DNA from: an uncultured Candidatus Saccharibacteria bacterium
Lineage (GTDB): Bacteria > Patescibacteriota > WWE3 > CAZQFB01
Direction of reading: 5' to 3'
NCBI GenBank assembly: GCA_964592525.1
Contig: CAZQFB010000001.1
Location: 147,454 to 211,453 of the forward strand
DNA length: 64,000 nt
In this document: piece after piece, positions 1 to 8,947 of the stretch
Layout: each line of letters begins with the position of its first letter
Numbering within the stretch: position 1 is the first letter of the stretch
Notes under the pieces: generated by a model
Told to the model about the DNA's origin: nothing
The model's input: the letters and a program-made list of their open reading frames with translations, nothing else
Databases searched by the model: none
Position numbers and translations under genes: made by a program

Positions 1-714
1 TTATCTGATCAGACAGTTCAGACAGATTTATACGCTAGATATTATGGTGGTTATGGCGGAATTGGAATTTGGGTAAAAGATTACAGAAACTGGATTTTTG
101 TTAGAATCTATCCTGCAACCGGTCAACTATGGATTCATGAAGCATATGAGGGATTTGATAAGGGCGGTATACTCACATTTTACCCATTAAATGCTGCTTC
201 AAATACCTGGCATGAGATGAAAGTGGAAGCAAATAGCACAACAGGAGTGATAGATGTTTATGTTAATGGAGAATTCATCACGACCTACACAGCCACAACA
301 CCTAACCGTTCGGGATGGACAGGATATTTTAGTGGAAATTGTGGCGGATTCTATGACAACTTTTCGTTAACATGGCCAGATCCAGTACCCTCGCCCGCAG
401 AAAAAGAATTAGCTGTTAAGCTTGCTCCTACTACTTTACCCACCGCCAAAATCGGGCAACCTTACCGGGCAGAGCTCGTAGCCAAAGCTATCTCTCCCGA
501 TCTTGGCAAGCTCACTATGACGATTACAGGGTTGCCTAGAGGATTGAAAGTATATAAGTGTTCTAATACTTCAAAAGCAGTTTCATGCAACTTAGGCGGG
601 TCGGTCCTTGGGACAACACAGCTAGGAATTCATCAGGTTACGGTCAAGGTGAGCAACGATTCAGGCGCTTCAAGGTTCTTTACCACGCCTATTGAAGTGG
701 TAAAAGGTAAGTAA
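1..714 (+). CDS. 5'-truncated putative surface protein: beta-sandwich (ConA/LamG-like) domain, Pro linker, C-terminal putative Ig domain
   Basis: Frame is open from base 1 through the listed 217..714 ORF. WHEMKVE...VYVNGE...G.YDNF is ConA-like, followed by a PDPVPSP linker and an Ig-like tail (LPTAKIGQPY...ITGLPRGL...VTVKVSN). Confidence 0.55.
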   Translation, partial: LSDQTVQTDLYARYYGGYGGIGIWVKDYRNWIFVRIYPATGQLWIHEAYEGFDKGGILTFYPLNAASNTWHEMKVEANSTTGVIDVYVNGEFITTYTATTPNRSGWTGYFSGNCGGFYDNFSLTWPDPVPSPAEKELAVKLAPTTLPTAKIGQPYRAELVAKAISPDLGKLTMTITGLPRGLKVYKCSNTSKAVSCNLGGSVLGTTQLGIHQVTVKVSNDSGASRFFTTPIEVVKGK

Positions 715-771
715 TTAAAAATTGGTAAAAAAAGCAATAGGGTTCTATACCTTGCTGTAGTTAGTAGAAGC

Positions 772-1131
772 GGTTTTTGCAACGAGTTAAGCACAAAAGT
801 AAATTCCATTTTTTCTGTTTTTAGGTGGTGGAGTATTTTAAAAGTGTGCGCAACCACGATAAAGGGATTTAAAAACCGTTGCCTTAAGCAGGATAAACCT
901 CAAAGAGCCTCCTATAATTGACTAATAATCTAATATATTAATTTATTAATTGTTTATGTGCCATGTATATATGTATATATTTTTTAAAATCACGTGACCT
1001 TAATAATCACTATTTAATTTATTAGGAAAGGTGGTAGGTGGAGGGGTGGTTGGGCGCCATGAATCACGTTAGGTTTATGACTTCGCCCTTTAGAGTTAAG
1101 TCAGGAAACTTAAGTGCATCTTGCCAGTAAG
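772..1131. repeat. Long non-coding dispersed repeat, copy L1
   Basis: Aligns by eye with 2802-3186: GGTTTTTGCAACGAGTTAAGCACAAAAGTAAA...AAAAACCGTTGCC, AT-rich middle, G-rich block, ending ATCTTGCCAGTAAG. Confidence 0.9.
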
Positions 1132-1171
1132 AAAAAAGACCGCCCTTGTAAGGACGGTCCTTTGTTGCAGT
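1132..1171. repeat. Palindromic hairpin repeat H1 (bidirectional terminator-like)
   Basis: AAAAAAGACCGCCCTTGTAAGGACGGTCCTTTGTTG; related copies at 2004, 2751 and 3187. Confidence 0.9.
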
Positions 1172-1181
1172 CTTCCTGATA

Positions 1182-1664
1182 TTACACTACGCAATTGTAT
1201 TCAGCTGTCAGACGCTCCCACTCCAACTCGGCTTCCTCATCCGTGAGATAGTCTTCGCGACTTGCCCGCCGGATGGGGGCCGGGAGCGGTTGATCGTCGA
1301 TCCGATAGAGGGCATACACAGGACCGTATACCCCCACCAGGTTAGATGTCCGCTCCTTGACGCACATGACAGCACCAAGCCGTCGGAGGAACTCTTTGGT
1401 GGTCTTCGACAGATCGCCATAAGCAGGGCCTGTGAAGCCCCACTTGCCCCACGGTGTCCATAGTACGCTCGGAGCACCGTAGTAGACCTCGAGGAAGAGC
1501 CCTTGCTTGGTCTGGTTGTAGAACGGATTAACGCTATCTCTCCTGCGGTCCTCAACCCAGGCGTCCTCCTCATTAGCTACAAGCTCGAAGAAAAGGTCGC
1601 CAATACGACGAACCACCGCATAGAGTTCGTCGTCGGTCATTTGGATGTCTAGGTGATCAGACAC
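1182..1664 (-). CDS. Hypothetical protein (start refined to GTG 1664)
   Basis: Long ORF with a GGAGG SD upstream of GTG at 1664; ends next to hairpin H1. Confidence 0.7.
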   Translation of the reverse strand: MSDHLDIQMTDDELYAVVRRIGDLFFELVANEEDAWVEDRRRDSVNPFYNQTKQGLFLEVYYGAPSVLWTPWGKWGFTGPAYGDLSKTTKEFLRRLGAVMCVKERTSNLVGVYGPVYALYRIDDQPLPAPIRRASREDYLTDEEAELEWERLTAEYNCVV

Positions 1665-1891
1665 GCCCCACCTCCCATTGATTGTATAACGGATCGGTCT
1701 TCGCCTTCTCCAAAGTGCTAGTATAACTAGCACAGCGAAGTTACTAACCACTTGAATGGAGTAAAAATAGCTAGTAACTTCGCCTGGAGAAAGCGATGTA
1801 ACAACTTAAATATCAAAGTTATCAAGGTGCAACAAGAGAACCTTGACGTAAGTAAGCTGTAATAGCGTACCGTTGCCAAAATTCATGAGCA

Positions 1892-1920
1892 AACATACTA
1901 TAATACTATAGGTTTGTCAA
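1892..1920 (-). promoter_or_regulatory. sigma70-like promoter TTGACA-17-TATGTT with AACCTATAGT motif in spacer
   Basis: Minus strand reads TTGACA aacctatagtattatag TATGTT. Confidence 0.55.
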
Positions 1921-2003
1921 ATAAGTTTATATAAAGCTAAGCTGGCTTTCATATCTTTCGCTATTGAGAGTGAAACTTTACGAGCAGGTAAAAGGGTTTT
2001 AAG

Positions 2004-2053
2004 AAAAAAGGACCGTCCTTGTAAGGACGGTCCTTTGTTGTAGTTAGTTAAAA
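2004..2053. repeat. Palindromic hairpin repeat H2
   Basis: Perfect 14-bp inverted repeat AAAGGACCGTCCTT-gt-AAGGACGGTCCTTT, followed by a TAGTTAGTTAAAA tail. Confidence 0.9.
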
Positions 2054-2147
2054 CGCACTGTCTTCGTCGTAAACCTTCTTCTCTTTTAATTGAGGTCAGT
2101 GACATGGGGTTGGTTCTTTTTACCCGGTTACATTTTCCGCTCAATCA

Positions 2148-2186
2148 TTGACTAAATATACCAGAGTAATATAATTGCATAATTAT
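2148..2186 (+). promoter_or_regulatory. TA operon promoter with palindromic operator candidate
   Basis: TTGACT-16-TATAAT, overlapped by the near-palindrome ATAATTGCATAATTAT that reaches the ATG. Confidence 0.5.
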
Positions 2187-2481
2187 GAGGACAACACTTC
2201 AAGTACCATTAACCAAATCCTTAAAAACCTCTTCCGAGAAGGTGGCTATTAAATATGGTTTTTCTTCGCTTCAGGAGGCTGTTCGGTTGTTTTTAACCCA
2301 GCTTTCTAAAGAACAAATTACCATTGGCTTTAATCCTGTGCAGACTGATATTTATTTAACTAAAGAACAGGAAAACACTCTTAATAAGAGATACGCGGAA
2401 GCGAAAAAGGAAACTAAAAATAGCAAAGCGCCCCCCGTAACTAGTGCTAAAGAAATGATGCATCAGCTGCGCATGGGATGA
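2185..2481 (+). CDS. RelB/DinJ-like antitoxin (ribbon-helix-helix)
   Basis: N-terminal RHH-like TTLQVPL...GFSSLQEAVRLFL; 4-bp overlap with the downstream toxin. Confidence 0.75.
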   Translation: MRTTLQVPLTKSLKTSSEKVAIKYGFSSLQEAVRLFLTQLSKEQITIGFNPVQTDIYLTKEQENTLNKRYAEAKKETKNSKAPPVTSAKEMMHQLRMG

Positions 2482-2747
2482 AGTTAATTATCTCCAGAAG
2501 ATTTAAGAAGAGTTACACCACCAGGATAAAGCCCTATCCAAAACTAGATAAAATATTTGCAGAGAGAATCACCCTATTCTTAACTAATCCACAAGACCCT
2601 CGTTTAAGAGATCATAAACTAATCGGTAAAAAACAATCATTCAGAGCCTTCTCAATCACAGGGGACGTTAGAGTAATTTATTCCCAAGAATCCAAAGACA
2701 CCATACTTCTGCTTGATATAGGCACACATAACCAGGTTTATGCGTAA
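2478..2747 (+). CDS. RelE/StbE family (YafQ-like) mRNA interferase toxin
   Basis: LRDHKLIG...FSITGDVRVIY...LLDIGTH signature, 89 aa, basic. Confidence 0.9.
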   Translation: MKLIISRRFKKSYTTRIKPYPKLDKIFAERITLFLTNPQDPRLRDHKLIGKKQSFRAFSITGDVRVIYSQESKDTILLLDIGTHNQVYA

Positions 2748-2750
2748 GCT

Positions 2751-2800
2751 AAAAAAAGACCGCCCTTGTAAGGACCGACCTTTGCTTTAGTTAGTTAAAA
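2751..2800. repeat. Palindromic hairpin repeat H3
   Basis: AAAAAAAGACCGCCCTTGTAAGGACCGACCTTTGCTTTAGTTAGTTAAAA, immediately after the toxin stop. Confidence 0.85.
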
Positions 2801-2801
2801 A

Positions 2802-3203
2802 GGTTTTTGCAACGAGTTAAGCACAAAAGTAAAACCCATTTTTCTGTTTAAGGTGGTGGAGTATTTTAAAAGCGTGCGTAACCACGATAAAGGAATTTAA
2901 AAACCGTTGCCCTAATAAGTAAAAAACTAAAGGGCCTCATATAATTAACGAACAAACTAATATATTAATATATTATTATATTAATTTAATAATATATTTA
3001 ATCATTGATTAATATATTTTTTATCTTCAACTATTTTTTAAAAACACTTGATCTAATAATAACTATTTAATTTATCTAGAAATGGTGGTAGGTGGGGGGG
3101 GGTGGTTGGGAGCCATGAAACACATTGGGTTTATGATTTCACCCTTTAGAGTGAAGGCAGGCACTTACGTGTATCTTGCCAGTAAGAAAAAGGACCGTCC
3201 TTG
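2802..3203. repeat. Long non-coding repeat copy L2 plus truncated hairpin H4
   Basis: Diverged copy of 772-1150, ending AAAAAGGACCGTCCTTG. Confidence 0.9.
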
Positions 3204-3447
3204 GTTGCATAAGGTATTGCATAGGTAAAGCACTTTATTGGTCTTTTGTTCAACCAGTCTTCAATCTCCAGGCAGACCGCTAGTAATGTTACTAATTAGT
3301 TTAATCTCGTTTGAATAAGCATTAACAGTAATACTATTCCGTAATTGGGTGTTTTGATGAAGATTTTATAAGAAAAATTACTTGGGGAAAATCTTTACTC
3401 AATGCTTAACAAGTTAAACACATCGATTGCATAAGAGCTTTGTGGGC

Positions 3448-3476
3448 TTGACAACCCACATACTATGGGTTATAAT
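3448..3476 (+). promoter_or_regulatory. Consensus sigma70 promoter TTGACA-17-TATAAT with inverted repeat in spacer
   Basis: TTGACA acccacatactatgggt TATAAT; contains AACCCA...TGGGTT. Confidence 0.8.
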
Positions 3477-3527
3477 CATCTCGTGCTAACGATTCTCACT
3501 AGCGTTGGCAATCCACGGGAGGGGAAG

Positions 3528-3836
3528 ATGTACCCTATACTGCCGATTGGTCCTTCTGTTGCTGAACTGCATGAGCTTGTGGGTTTGGTGGGAGCGCTTG
3601 TTTTGGGCTTAATTGGTCTTTTGAATGTCTCTTATGATTTGAATGAGTACCATCTTAGCCCCTACCGCGACCATTGGCGGAAGGTGCTGCAGCGGGATTA
3701 CATGATATTGGGTTTGGCAGTTTGTAGCTTGGTGGCAGGGTTGTACTTTTGGGCTCCGGTGCTTTTGGTGGTTGTTATCAGAATCGTCTTCGTCAGGCTG
3801 GTTGAGGGGTTGATGATCGTTCTGGGCAAGGACTAG
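3528..3836 (+). CDS. Small hypothetical membrane protein
   Basis: GGAGG SD before ATG 3528; 2-3 hydrophobic segments. Confidence 0.7.
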   Translation: MYPILPIGPSVAELHELVGLVGALVLGLIGLLNVSYDLNEYHLSPYRDHWRKVLQRDYMILGLAVCSLVAGLYFWAPVLLVVVIRIVFVRLVEGLMIVLGKD

Positions 3837-3843
3837 ATGTGGT

Positions 3844-3884
3844 CTGCCGTAAGGTGAACTTCACCTTACGGCAGTTGTTTTTTT
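3844..3884 (+). terminator. Intrinsic terminator
   Basis: CTGCCGTAAGGTGAA/TTCACCTTACGGCAG perfect inverted repeat followed by a T-tract. Confidence 0.85.
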
Positions 3885-3957
3885 AAAATTTGTTTTTGGC
3901 AAGCGCCACCCTTTCGTTTTGTATTCTTATTGCTCCACTTTCGCTAGAATAAGGTTG

Positions 3958-4182
3958 ATGAAGGTTACTATTCGGGTTCACCCCAACGCAAAAGAGGTAA
4001 AAGTAGAAAAAGATTTGTTGGGTAGGTTACATGTTTATGTAATAGAACCCGCTTACGAAAACCGCGCTAATCATGCTGTGTTAAAGGCGCTAGCCAAATA
4101 TTACGGTTCGGCTAAAAGTCAGGTTACTATTATCTCCGGAGGTAATTCCCGAAACAAGATCATTGAGATAAAGACAAGTTAG
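3958..4182 (+). CDS. DUF167/YggU family protein
   Basis: MKVTIRVHPNAK...V.EPA.ENRAN.AV...LA...V.I.SG..SRNK motif. Confidence 0.85.
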   Translation: MKVTIRVHPNAKEVKVEKDLLGRLHVYVIEPAYENRANHAVLKALAKYYGSAKSQVTIISGGNSRNKIIEIKTS

Positions 4183-4369
4183 ATATCATTTAGTGAGGAG
4201 AAAAAAGCTTATCTTAAGCTTCAATCTTGGAAAACAGATAACCGCCAATGAGCCTTTTTGAGGTGAAGTGCTATTTGGTGAGGGGTATATTTATATTGGG
4301 GTGTTTTTAATCCCCACATCCAAATCAATAAGGGCGATTGGCAAGCCAATCGCCCTCACTGGGCTGGTC

Positions 4370-4669
4370 TCATCTCCTCCACAACCAATACCATTTACGA
4401 CCTTGTCTTTGTTCAGCGCGCAGCCTTTTGGCTTCTGCCTTTGCCTCTTTTTTCTGTTCAGCCTGTTCTCTTTCAAGCCTTCTTTTCTTCTCCATCTCGA
4501 AACTTTTATTGCGCGCATGCTCTTCTCTTTCGTAAGGTGTGGCTGCCCGCAGGTGGCTCTCATCCTGGTCGCAAATCAGGTAGATATTAAATATATCTTC
4601 TACATATCTGACTTTGCCATCACAGCGCGGGCACTTCTGACCTACTCGATAGCCAAAATCGTAGTACAT
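4370..4669 (-). CDS. Hypothetical small protein with CxxC zinc-ribbon and charged helix
   Basis: AAGGAG SD; CPRC...C/H ligands; charged helical tail. Confidence 0.55.
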   Translation of the reverse strand: MYYDFGYRVGQKCPRCDGKVRYVEDIFNIYLICDQDESHLRAATPYEREEHARNKSFEMEKKRRLEREQAEQKKEAKAEAKRLRAEQRQGRKWYWLWRR

Positions 4670-4777
4670 GCGCTTGGTCTCCTTGGGCGTTTGGATGGTG
4701 GCAATTATACTACTATTTTACTTAAACCGCAGCACACTATAAGACTTAACTATTAGGGTAATTGGCGAAATTAAATT

Positions 4778-5932
4778 TTAGTCTAGAGGTAACTTAGGAG
4801 GTTCTTCTGCGAGCATAGGTAAAGACTCTGGCTCCTCTAGTTTGATTTTATCAAAGGTTCTAGTTAAGACCTTGGTTCTGGTAGTATCCACCTTTTCATA
4901 TTGTTCCGTTAATGCTTTTATGCGTCCGCCGATTTTAATAAATTCTTCGCTGTATTTCTCAAATTCTTTCTCAAATTCTCTGATTAAAGCAACAATCTTA
5001 TGCACATTATTCTGAATTCTAAAGTTGGCGTATGATTGTCTGATTAATCGCAATGTAGCCGAGAAACTAAAGGGACCTACGAAAACCACTTTCTTATTCA
5101 TCGCCTCGGTCCAGACGGCGTTCATTTTTTCGTAGATAAAAGAGAAAATCATCTCGTTAGGGATAAACAAGACCACAAAATCAACGGTATTTTCTTCTGG
5201 GCAAATGTAGTTTCTTGTGGTTACCTGCTTAACCTTTTCTTTAATGTCCTGCTCAAAATTTTTCAGGTACGTTTTTTTCATAGCTACGTCTTCGGTTTCA
5301 ATGTATTTTTGCAGATTGGCATAAGGGAACTTGGCATCTACGTTGATCTTGACGCCATCGGGGAGTAAGACCGTAAAATCTGGTCGGTTAAGTGAACCGT
5401 CCTGGGCTTGGTTGTAATAATAATCAACTCCTTTCACAAACCCAGCCATTTTCAAAAGATCCTCCGCCACCTGCTCACCAAATTGACCGCGGAGTTGGTT
5501 GTTGGACAGTACCTTTTTCAGGTTATCGGTGGTGACGGTTAGCTGTTCGGAAAGGCGACGTTGGTTTTCTAGCTCGGTTTTAAGTTCGCTAAAAGAACCG
5601 ATGCGTGCTTTTTCTGCTCCCTCTAAGCGTTCTGCATTTTTTTTGAGGTCGTCTTTAATATTTTTGATCAACTCTTCAATAGCGGTTTTATTACTATTAA
5701 CATTGGTATCAATCACTTGCTTTTTGGCATCAAATTTTTGATCGGCCATCGTGATCAGCTGATCAGTGGCATTCTTTAAAGCTTGGGGAAAAATCTCATT
5801 TATCTTTTGCTCAAAGATATGCTGAACACTGTCTCCAACCGAGCCAAACAACCTATTCTTGAAGATAAAAATAAGTAGACTGGCGAGCACTGACCCAGCT
5901 AGTAGACCGAGCATAAAATAAATATTGTTCAT
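4778..5932 (-). CDS. rmuC: DNA recombination protein RmuC
   Basis: N-terminal TM and coiled coil, RGQFGE, RPDF...LPDG...VDAKFP, T.DFVVLFIPNE motifs. Confidence 0.92.
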   Translation of the reverse strand: MNNIYFMLGLLAGSVLASLLIFIFKNRLFGSVGDSVQHIFEQKINEIFPQALKNATDQLITMADQKFDAKKQVIDTNVNSNKTAIEELIKNIKDDLKKNAERLEGAEKARIGSFSELKTELENQRRLSEQLTVTTDNLKKVLSNNQLRGQFGEQVAEDLLKMAGFVKGVDYYYNQAQDGSLNRPDFTVLLPDGVKINVDAKFPYANLQKYIETEDVAMKKTYLKNFEQDIKEKVKQVTTRNYICPEENTVDFVVLFIPNEMIFSFIYEKMNAVWTEAMNKKVVFVGPFSFSATLRLIRQSYANFRIQNNVHKIVALIREFEKEFEKYSEEFIKIGGRIKALTEQYEKVDTTRTKVLTRTFDKIKLEEPESLPMLAEEPPKLPLD

Positions 5933-6185
5933 CTTGGTAGGTATTGTACCTCTTGGCGTTGCCGGTTGATACCCTGAAAAGAATGACTTGCTGGCTTTAG
6001 AAACCCCAGTGTGGTTGCTTAGCAGCAAGTAAACATTGTGTCTTAATGGGGAAGCATTAATTAATTTAGGCAAAAGGCACTAAGAATTTTTAAGCGCCAA
6101 AATTATACGCTTGGTTAACTCACTTGGTGTAAATGTGCCGTAGCATTACGTTTCTTATTAGTTGTAGGATAGTTTTAAGTGAGAG

Positions 6186-6668
6186 TTACTTAGACCCTTT
6201 GGGTAAGCTTTCGCAGGCTTCACCGTCTTTATCACCATCTAGTCGGTTGACATCATTACCTACCCCGCCGACTTTATCAAAGAAAGCTTGCGCTGCAGGT
6301 TGGCTGTCAAAATCATCACAGTTGTAATCGTCGGCTTTTTTGCCTTGCGTGGTATCGGTGGTGATGTTGCCAAAAGTATCATAGAGCACATTGCCTTCTT
6401 CATCCCGTTGTACCTTTGAGGCTTCAAAGGATTTGGTTTCCCAGAGCTTGTTCAAATCCCAATCTTGCTGGGTAACTTCCAAACCCAAAGCTGCAAGCAA
6501 GGCAATAAAAGCAATGGCTAAGCCCAAACGTGCCTTTTCCCAGACAAAGAATAACACTACCACAATAACTAGGAGTACCACGATCACAGCGAGTCGGACT
6601 TTGTGACTACCGCGCGCCTGCTTGAATTTGGATATAGTTTGTTTTGTTTCTTTAATTTCTTCAGCCAT
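6186..6668 (-). CDS. Membrane protein with C-terminal Excalibur-like Ca-binding domain
   Basis: Two TM helices; YNCDDF..Q..AQ...LDGDKDGEACE. Confidence 0.8.
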   Translation of the reverse strand: MAEEIKETKQTISKFKQARGSHKVRLAVIVVLLVIVVVLFFVWEKARLGLAIAFIALLAALGLEVTQQDWDLNKLWETKSFEASKVQRDEEGNVLYDTFGNITTDTTQGKKADDYNCDDFDSQPAAQAFFDKVGGVGNDVNRLDGDKDGEACESLPKGSK

Positions 6669-6794
6669 AGGTTGATTATAATTCAGAGGGTAAATTAGAC
6701 CAACAACTAATTTAGGAAAAATAACAAACATTTAATTTTGTAGTGTGACCAGTGTAGTTCTGTTTCCATCTGGTTATTGTTAGAATTAGTGGAA

Positions 6795-7637
6795 ATGTTA
6801 TTAGCCATATTTTGTGTTTTTACCGCCTTTTTTATTTGGAGTTCACAGGGGTTGTTTATCAACCTTCTTGCCGTGGGTTCTGTGGGGTTGGCTTGGGCAA
6901 ACAGCGCATTAGCCCTTGGGGTGGCCATAATAATTCTTAAAAATAATGGAACCTTAAGAAAGACCTTTAAGAATTCTCGGAAATTTGTATGGGCGGTGGT
7001 ATTGTTTCAGGGATTGCATAATGTGCTGTGGTATGTAGCTTTAAAAATTACCCCCATTGGTCCCGCCAATTTTATTCATAGTATGTCGCCGCTACTCATA
7101 ATACTTTTAGCAGGTGTCCTAATAAAAGAGAAATACTCAATTTACTCCTACTTTTCGGTTCTTATTGGCGCAGTAGGTCTGCTATTTATCATTGGTAGTG
7201 ATTTAAATATGAACAAGGAATTTAACGTTGTTGGCATGGCTATCACGCTATTAACCGTGGCTCTGGTTGCTGTTTTTTCACTGGCTATTAAAAAACTAAG
7301 CGCAGAGCTTAGCTATACGCAACTAATTCTGCTTATGAGTTTAGGGCAATTCATCTTTAGTAGCCCTTGGGTATTAGCTAACCTGTCGGCGATGGCTACT
7401 AATATTCTTCCCATTACTATATTTGCTTTAATCTATGCACTACCTCCATATTATTTGATACTAAAAGGATATCGAAAATTGAAAACCGCCCATGTTTCTC
7501 TTATTGGTTATTCTGAACCTGTGTTTGCCAGCATCTGGGGGGCGCTCTTTTTGTCCCAAGCGATCACCCCACTGTTAATACTTGGTGGGTTGTTGATCTT
7601 GCTCTCTAATTACCTGGCGTTTAAGCTAGACCATTGA
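6795..7637 (+). CDS. EamA/DMT family transporter
   Basis: About 10 TM helices; SPLLIILLAGVLIKEK and SEPVFASIWG motifs. Confidence 0.88.
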   Translation: MLLAIFCVFTAFFIWSSQGLFINLLAVGSVGLAWANSALALGVAIIILKNNGTLRKTFKNSRKFVWAVVLFQGLHNVLWYVALKITPIGPANFIHSMSPLLIILLAGVLIKEKYSIYSYFSVLIGAVGLLFIIGSDLNMNKEFNVVGMAITLLTVALVAVFSLAIKKLSAELSYTQLILLMSLGQFIFSSPWVLANLSAMATNILPITIFALIYALPPYYLILKGYRKLKTAHVSLIGYSEPVFASIWGALFLSQAITPLLILGGLLILLSNYLAFKLDH

Positions 7638-7796
7638 AGCACTTGTTTTAAAAAGTGACGGTACCTCGAACTAAGAGATGGGTTTGTTGACTTGGGAAAG
7701 CTTTTTCCTGCTTGTGAATACTCACCGGGTTATTTAAAAGTAATTTACAATTATGATGGTTGTTTCTGTTACCGAATCTAGCTAGTATTAGTGGCG

Positions 7797-8255
7797 ATGA
7801 GGAAAAAAATACTCTTGCTGGGTTTATTGTTGGTAGTGGGGTTGGGATATTACTTGTTTGTTCGCGAGAGAAAAGCTCCTGATGTGGTATTGCCAGAAGC
7901 ACAGGTTGAGGTAGTTATCTCACCGGAAGAGGAAACTAACGTGGCGGTGGTGGGTGAGTCGGAAGTGCTTGCGGACAACTTGGTGTTGGTGGAAGTTAAA
8001 GCCACTAACTTTGCTTATGATGTTACTACCATTAATGCTACCTTGGGGGATACTGTTAAACTGACTTTAATTAATGAGGAAGGGGTTCATGATTTGGTGT
8101 TGCCTGAATTTGGGGTTGCAGTGGAACCTTTGGAAGAGGGTGAGCAAGCGAGCGTGGAGTGGGTGGCTGCTAAACCAGGTGAGTTTGAATATTATTGTAG
8201 TGTGGGCAACCACCGCGAGCTGGGAATGGTGGGGACTTTAGTGGTAAGCGAGTAG
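7797..8255 (+). CDS. Membrane-anchored cupredoxin (type 1 copper) protein
   Basis: N-terminal TM; HDL...YYCSVGNHRELGM supplies H, C, H, M ligands. Confidence 0.88.
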   Translation: MRKKILLLGLLLVVGLGYYLFVRERKAPDVVLPEAQVEVVISPEEETNVAVVGESEVLADNLVLVEVKATNFAYDVTTINATLGDTVKLTLINEEGVHDLVLPEFGVAVEPLEEGEQASVEWVAAKPGEFEYYCSVGNHRELGMVGTLVVSE

Positions 8256-8284
8256 GGCGGGGACTAGTTAAACGAGCAGATAAC

Positions 8285-8333
8285 AAAAAACCCGCTGCTG
8301 ATGGTTATTAAGTTCAAGCCAGACGGGTTTTTT
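8285..8333. terminator. Bidirectional terminator between convergent genes
   Basis: AAAAAACCCG...CGGGTTTTTT. Confidence 0.6.
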
Positions 8334-8348
8334 GCCGGTCTTCTGGAT

Positions 8349-8810
8349 TTAGAACACCTCATAGAATTTCACGGTGTAAGTTACTCCTCTCTCACCATTC
8401 ATCAACACGCCCAGGATATTTTGACTGCGGTCCTTAATATTCACGGGAGTTCTCAACCAGATCACGCCACCAGAAGAAGGGGTACTACCACGGTGGATTA
8501 ACGAGGCTCCTCGGTAGAGATTAGCTGTCATCCGACCTTTGGTGGTAATACGAATGTATTGCGTACCACTTTTGAGGGGGTAATGATTAACCCAGTCCCG
8601 ATCAGTTTTACTGTGGAAATTACCACTTATGGAACTCACCCCATAACAGGAAGAAGCGGTGTTGGGTGTGTTGTTGAGATACTCATCCACAGCTACGTCA
8701 CAATTATTACGCGTGTAGTACTTACTAGCAGCGGCGTTGGTAATTGAAACAGTCGCGCTAAAGATTAAGCTGGTAAGAGCAAGAGCCTTAATTAAAAGCT
8801 TTTTGTTCAC
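8349..8810 (-). CDS. Secreted hypothetical protein (PPC-like beta domain)
   Basis: AAGGAGGTGA SD, signal peptide, DRDW motif. Confidence 0.65.
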   Translation of the reverse strand: MNKKLLIKALALTSLIFSATVSITNAAASKYYTRNNCDVAVDEYLNNTPNTASSCYGVSSISGNFHSKTDRDWVNHYPLKSGTQYIRITTKGRMTANLYRGASLIHRGSTPSSGGVIWLRTPVNIKDRSQNILGVLMNGERGVTYTVKFYEVF

Positions 8811-8852
8811 GTATACTCACCTCCTTGATAGGTTTAATTTTAAGTAGCGGGG

Positions 8853-8881
8853 ATTGTATCATATGACTATAGGTTTATCAA
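8853..8881 (-). promoter_or_regulatory. sigma70-like promoter TTGATA-17-TACAAT with AACCTATAGT
   Basis: Minus strand reads TTGATA aacctatagtcatatga TACAAT. Confidence 0.65.
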
Positions 8882-8947
8882 ATAAGGAAAAGCCTCCTCT
8901 CGCTTGTGGCAAGAGGAGGCTAGGTCTAGCTACCACAGCGCGGGTAG

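Noticed and set aside
633-857. 74-aa ORF over repeat L1
   Set aside because: The frame is not preserved in copy L2 (indels), and it overlaps a plus-strand gene.
1132-3203. H repeats as a CRISPR array or integron attC sites
   Set aside because: Spacing is 400-900 bp with genes in between, there are no cas genes or intI in view, and no convincing RYYYAAC/GTTRRRY box pairs.
4268-4756. Plus-strand ORFs overlapping 4370-4669
   Set aside because: These are antisense shadows of the SD-led minus-strand gene; their hydrophobic look mirrors its Lys/Glu/Arg codons.
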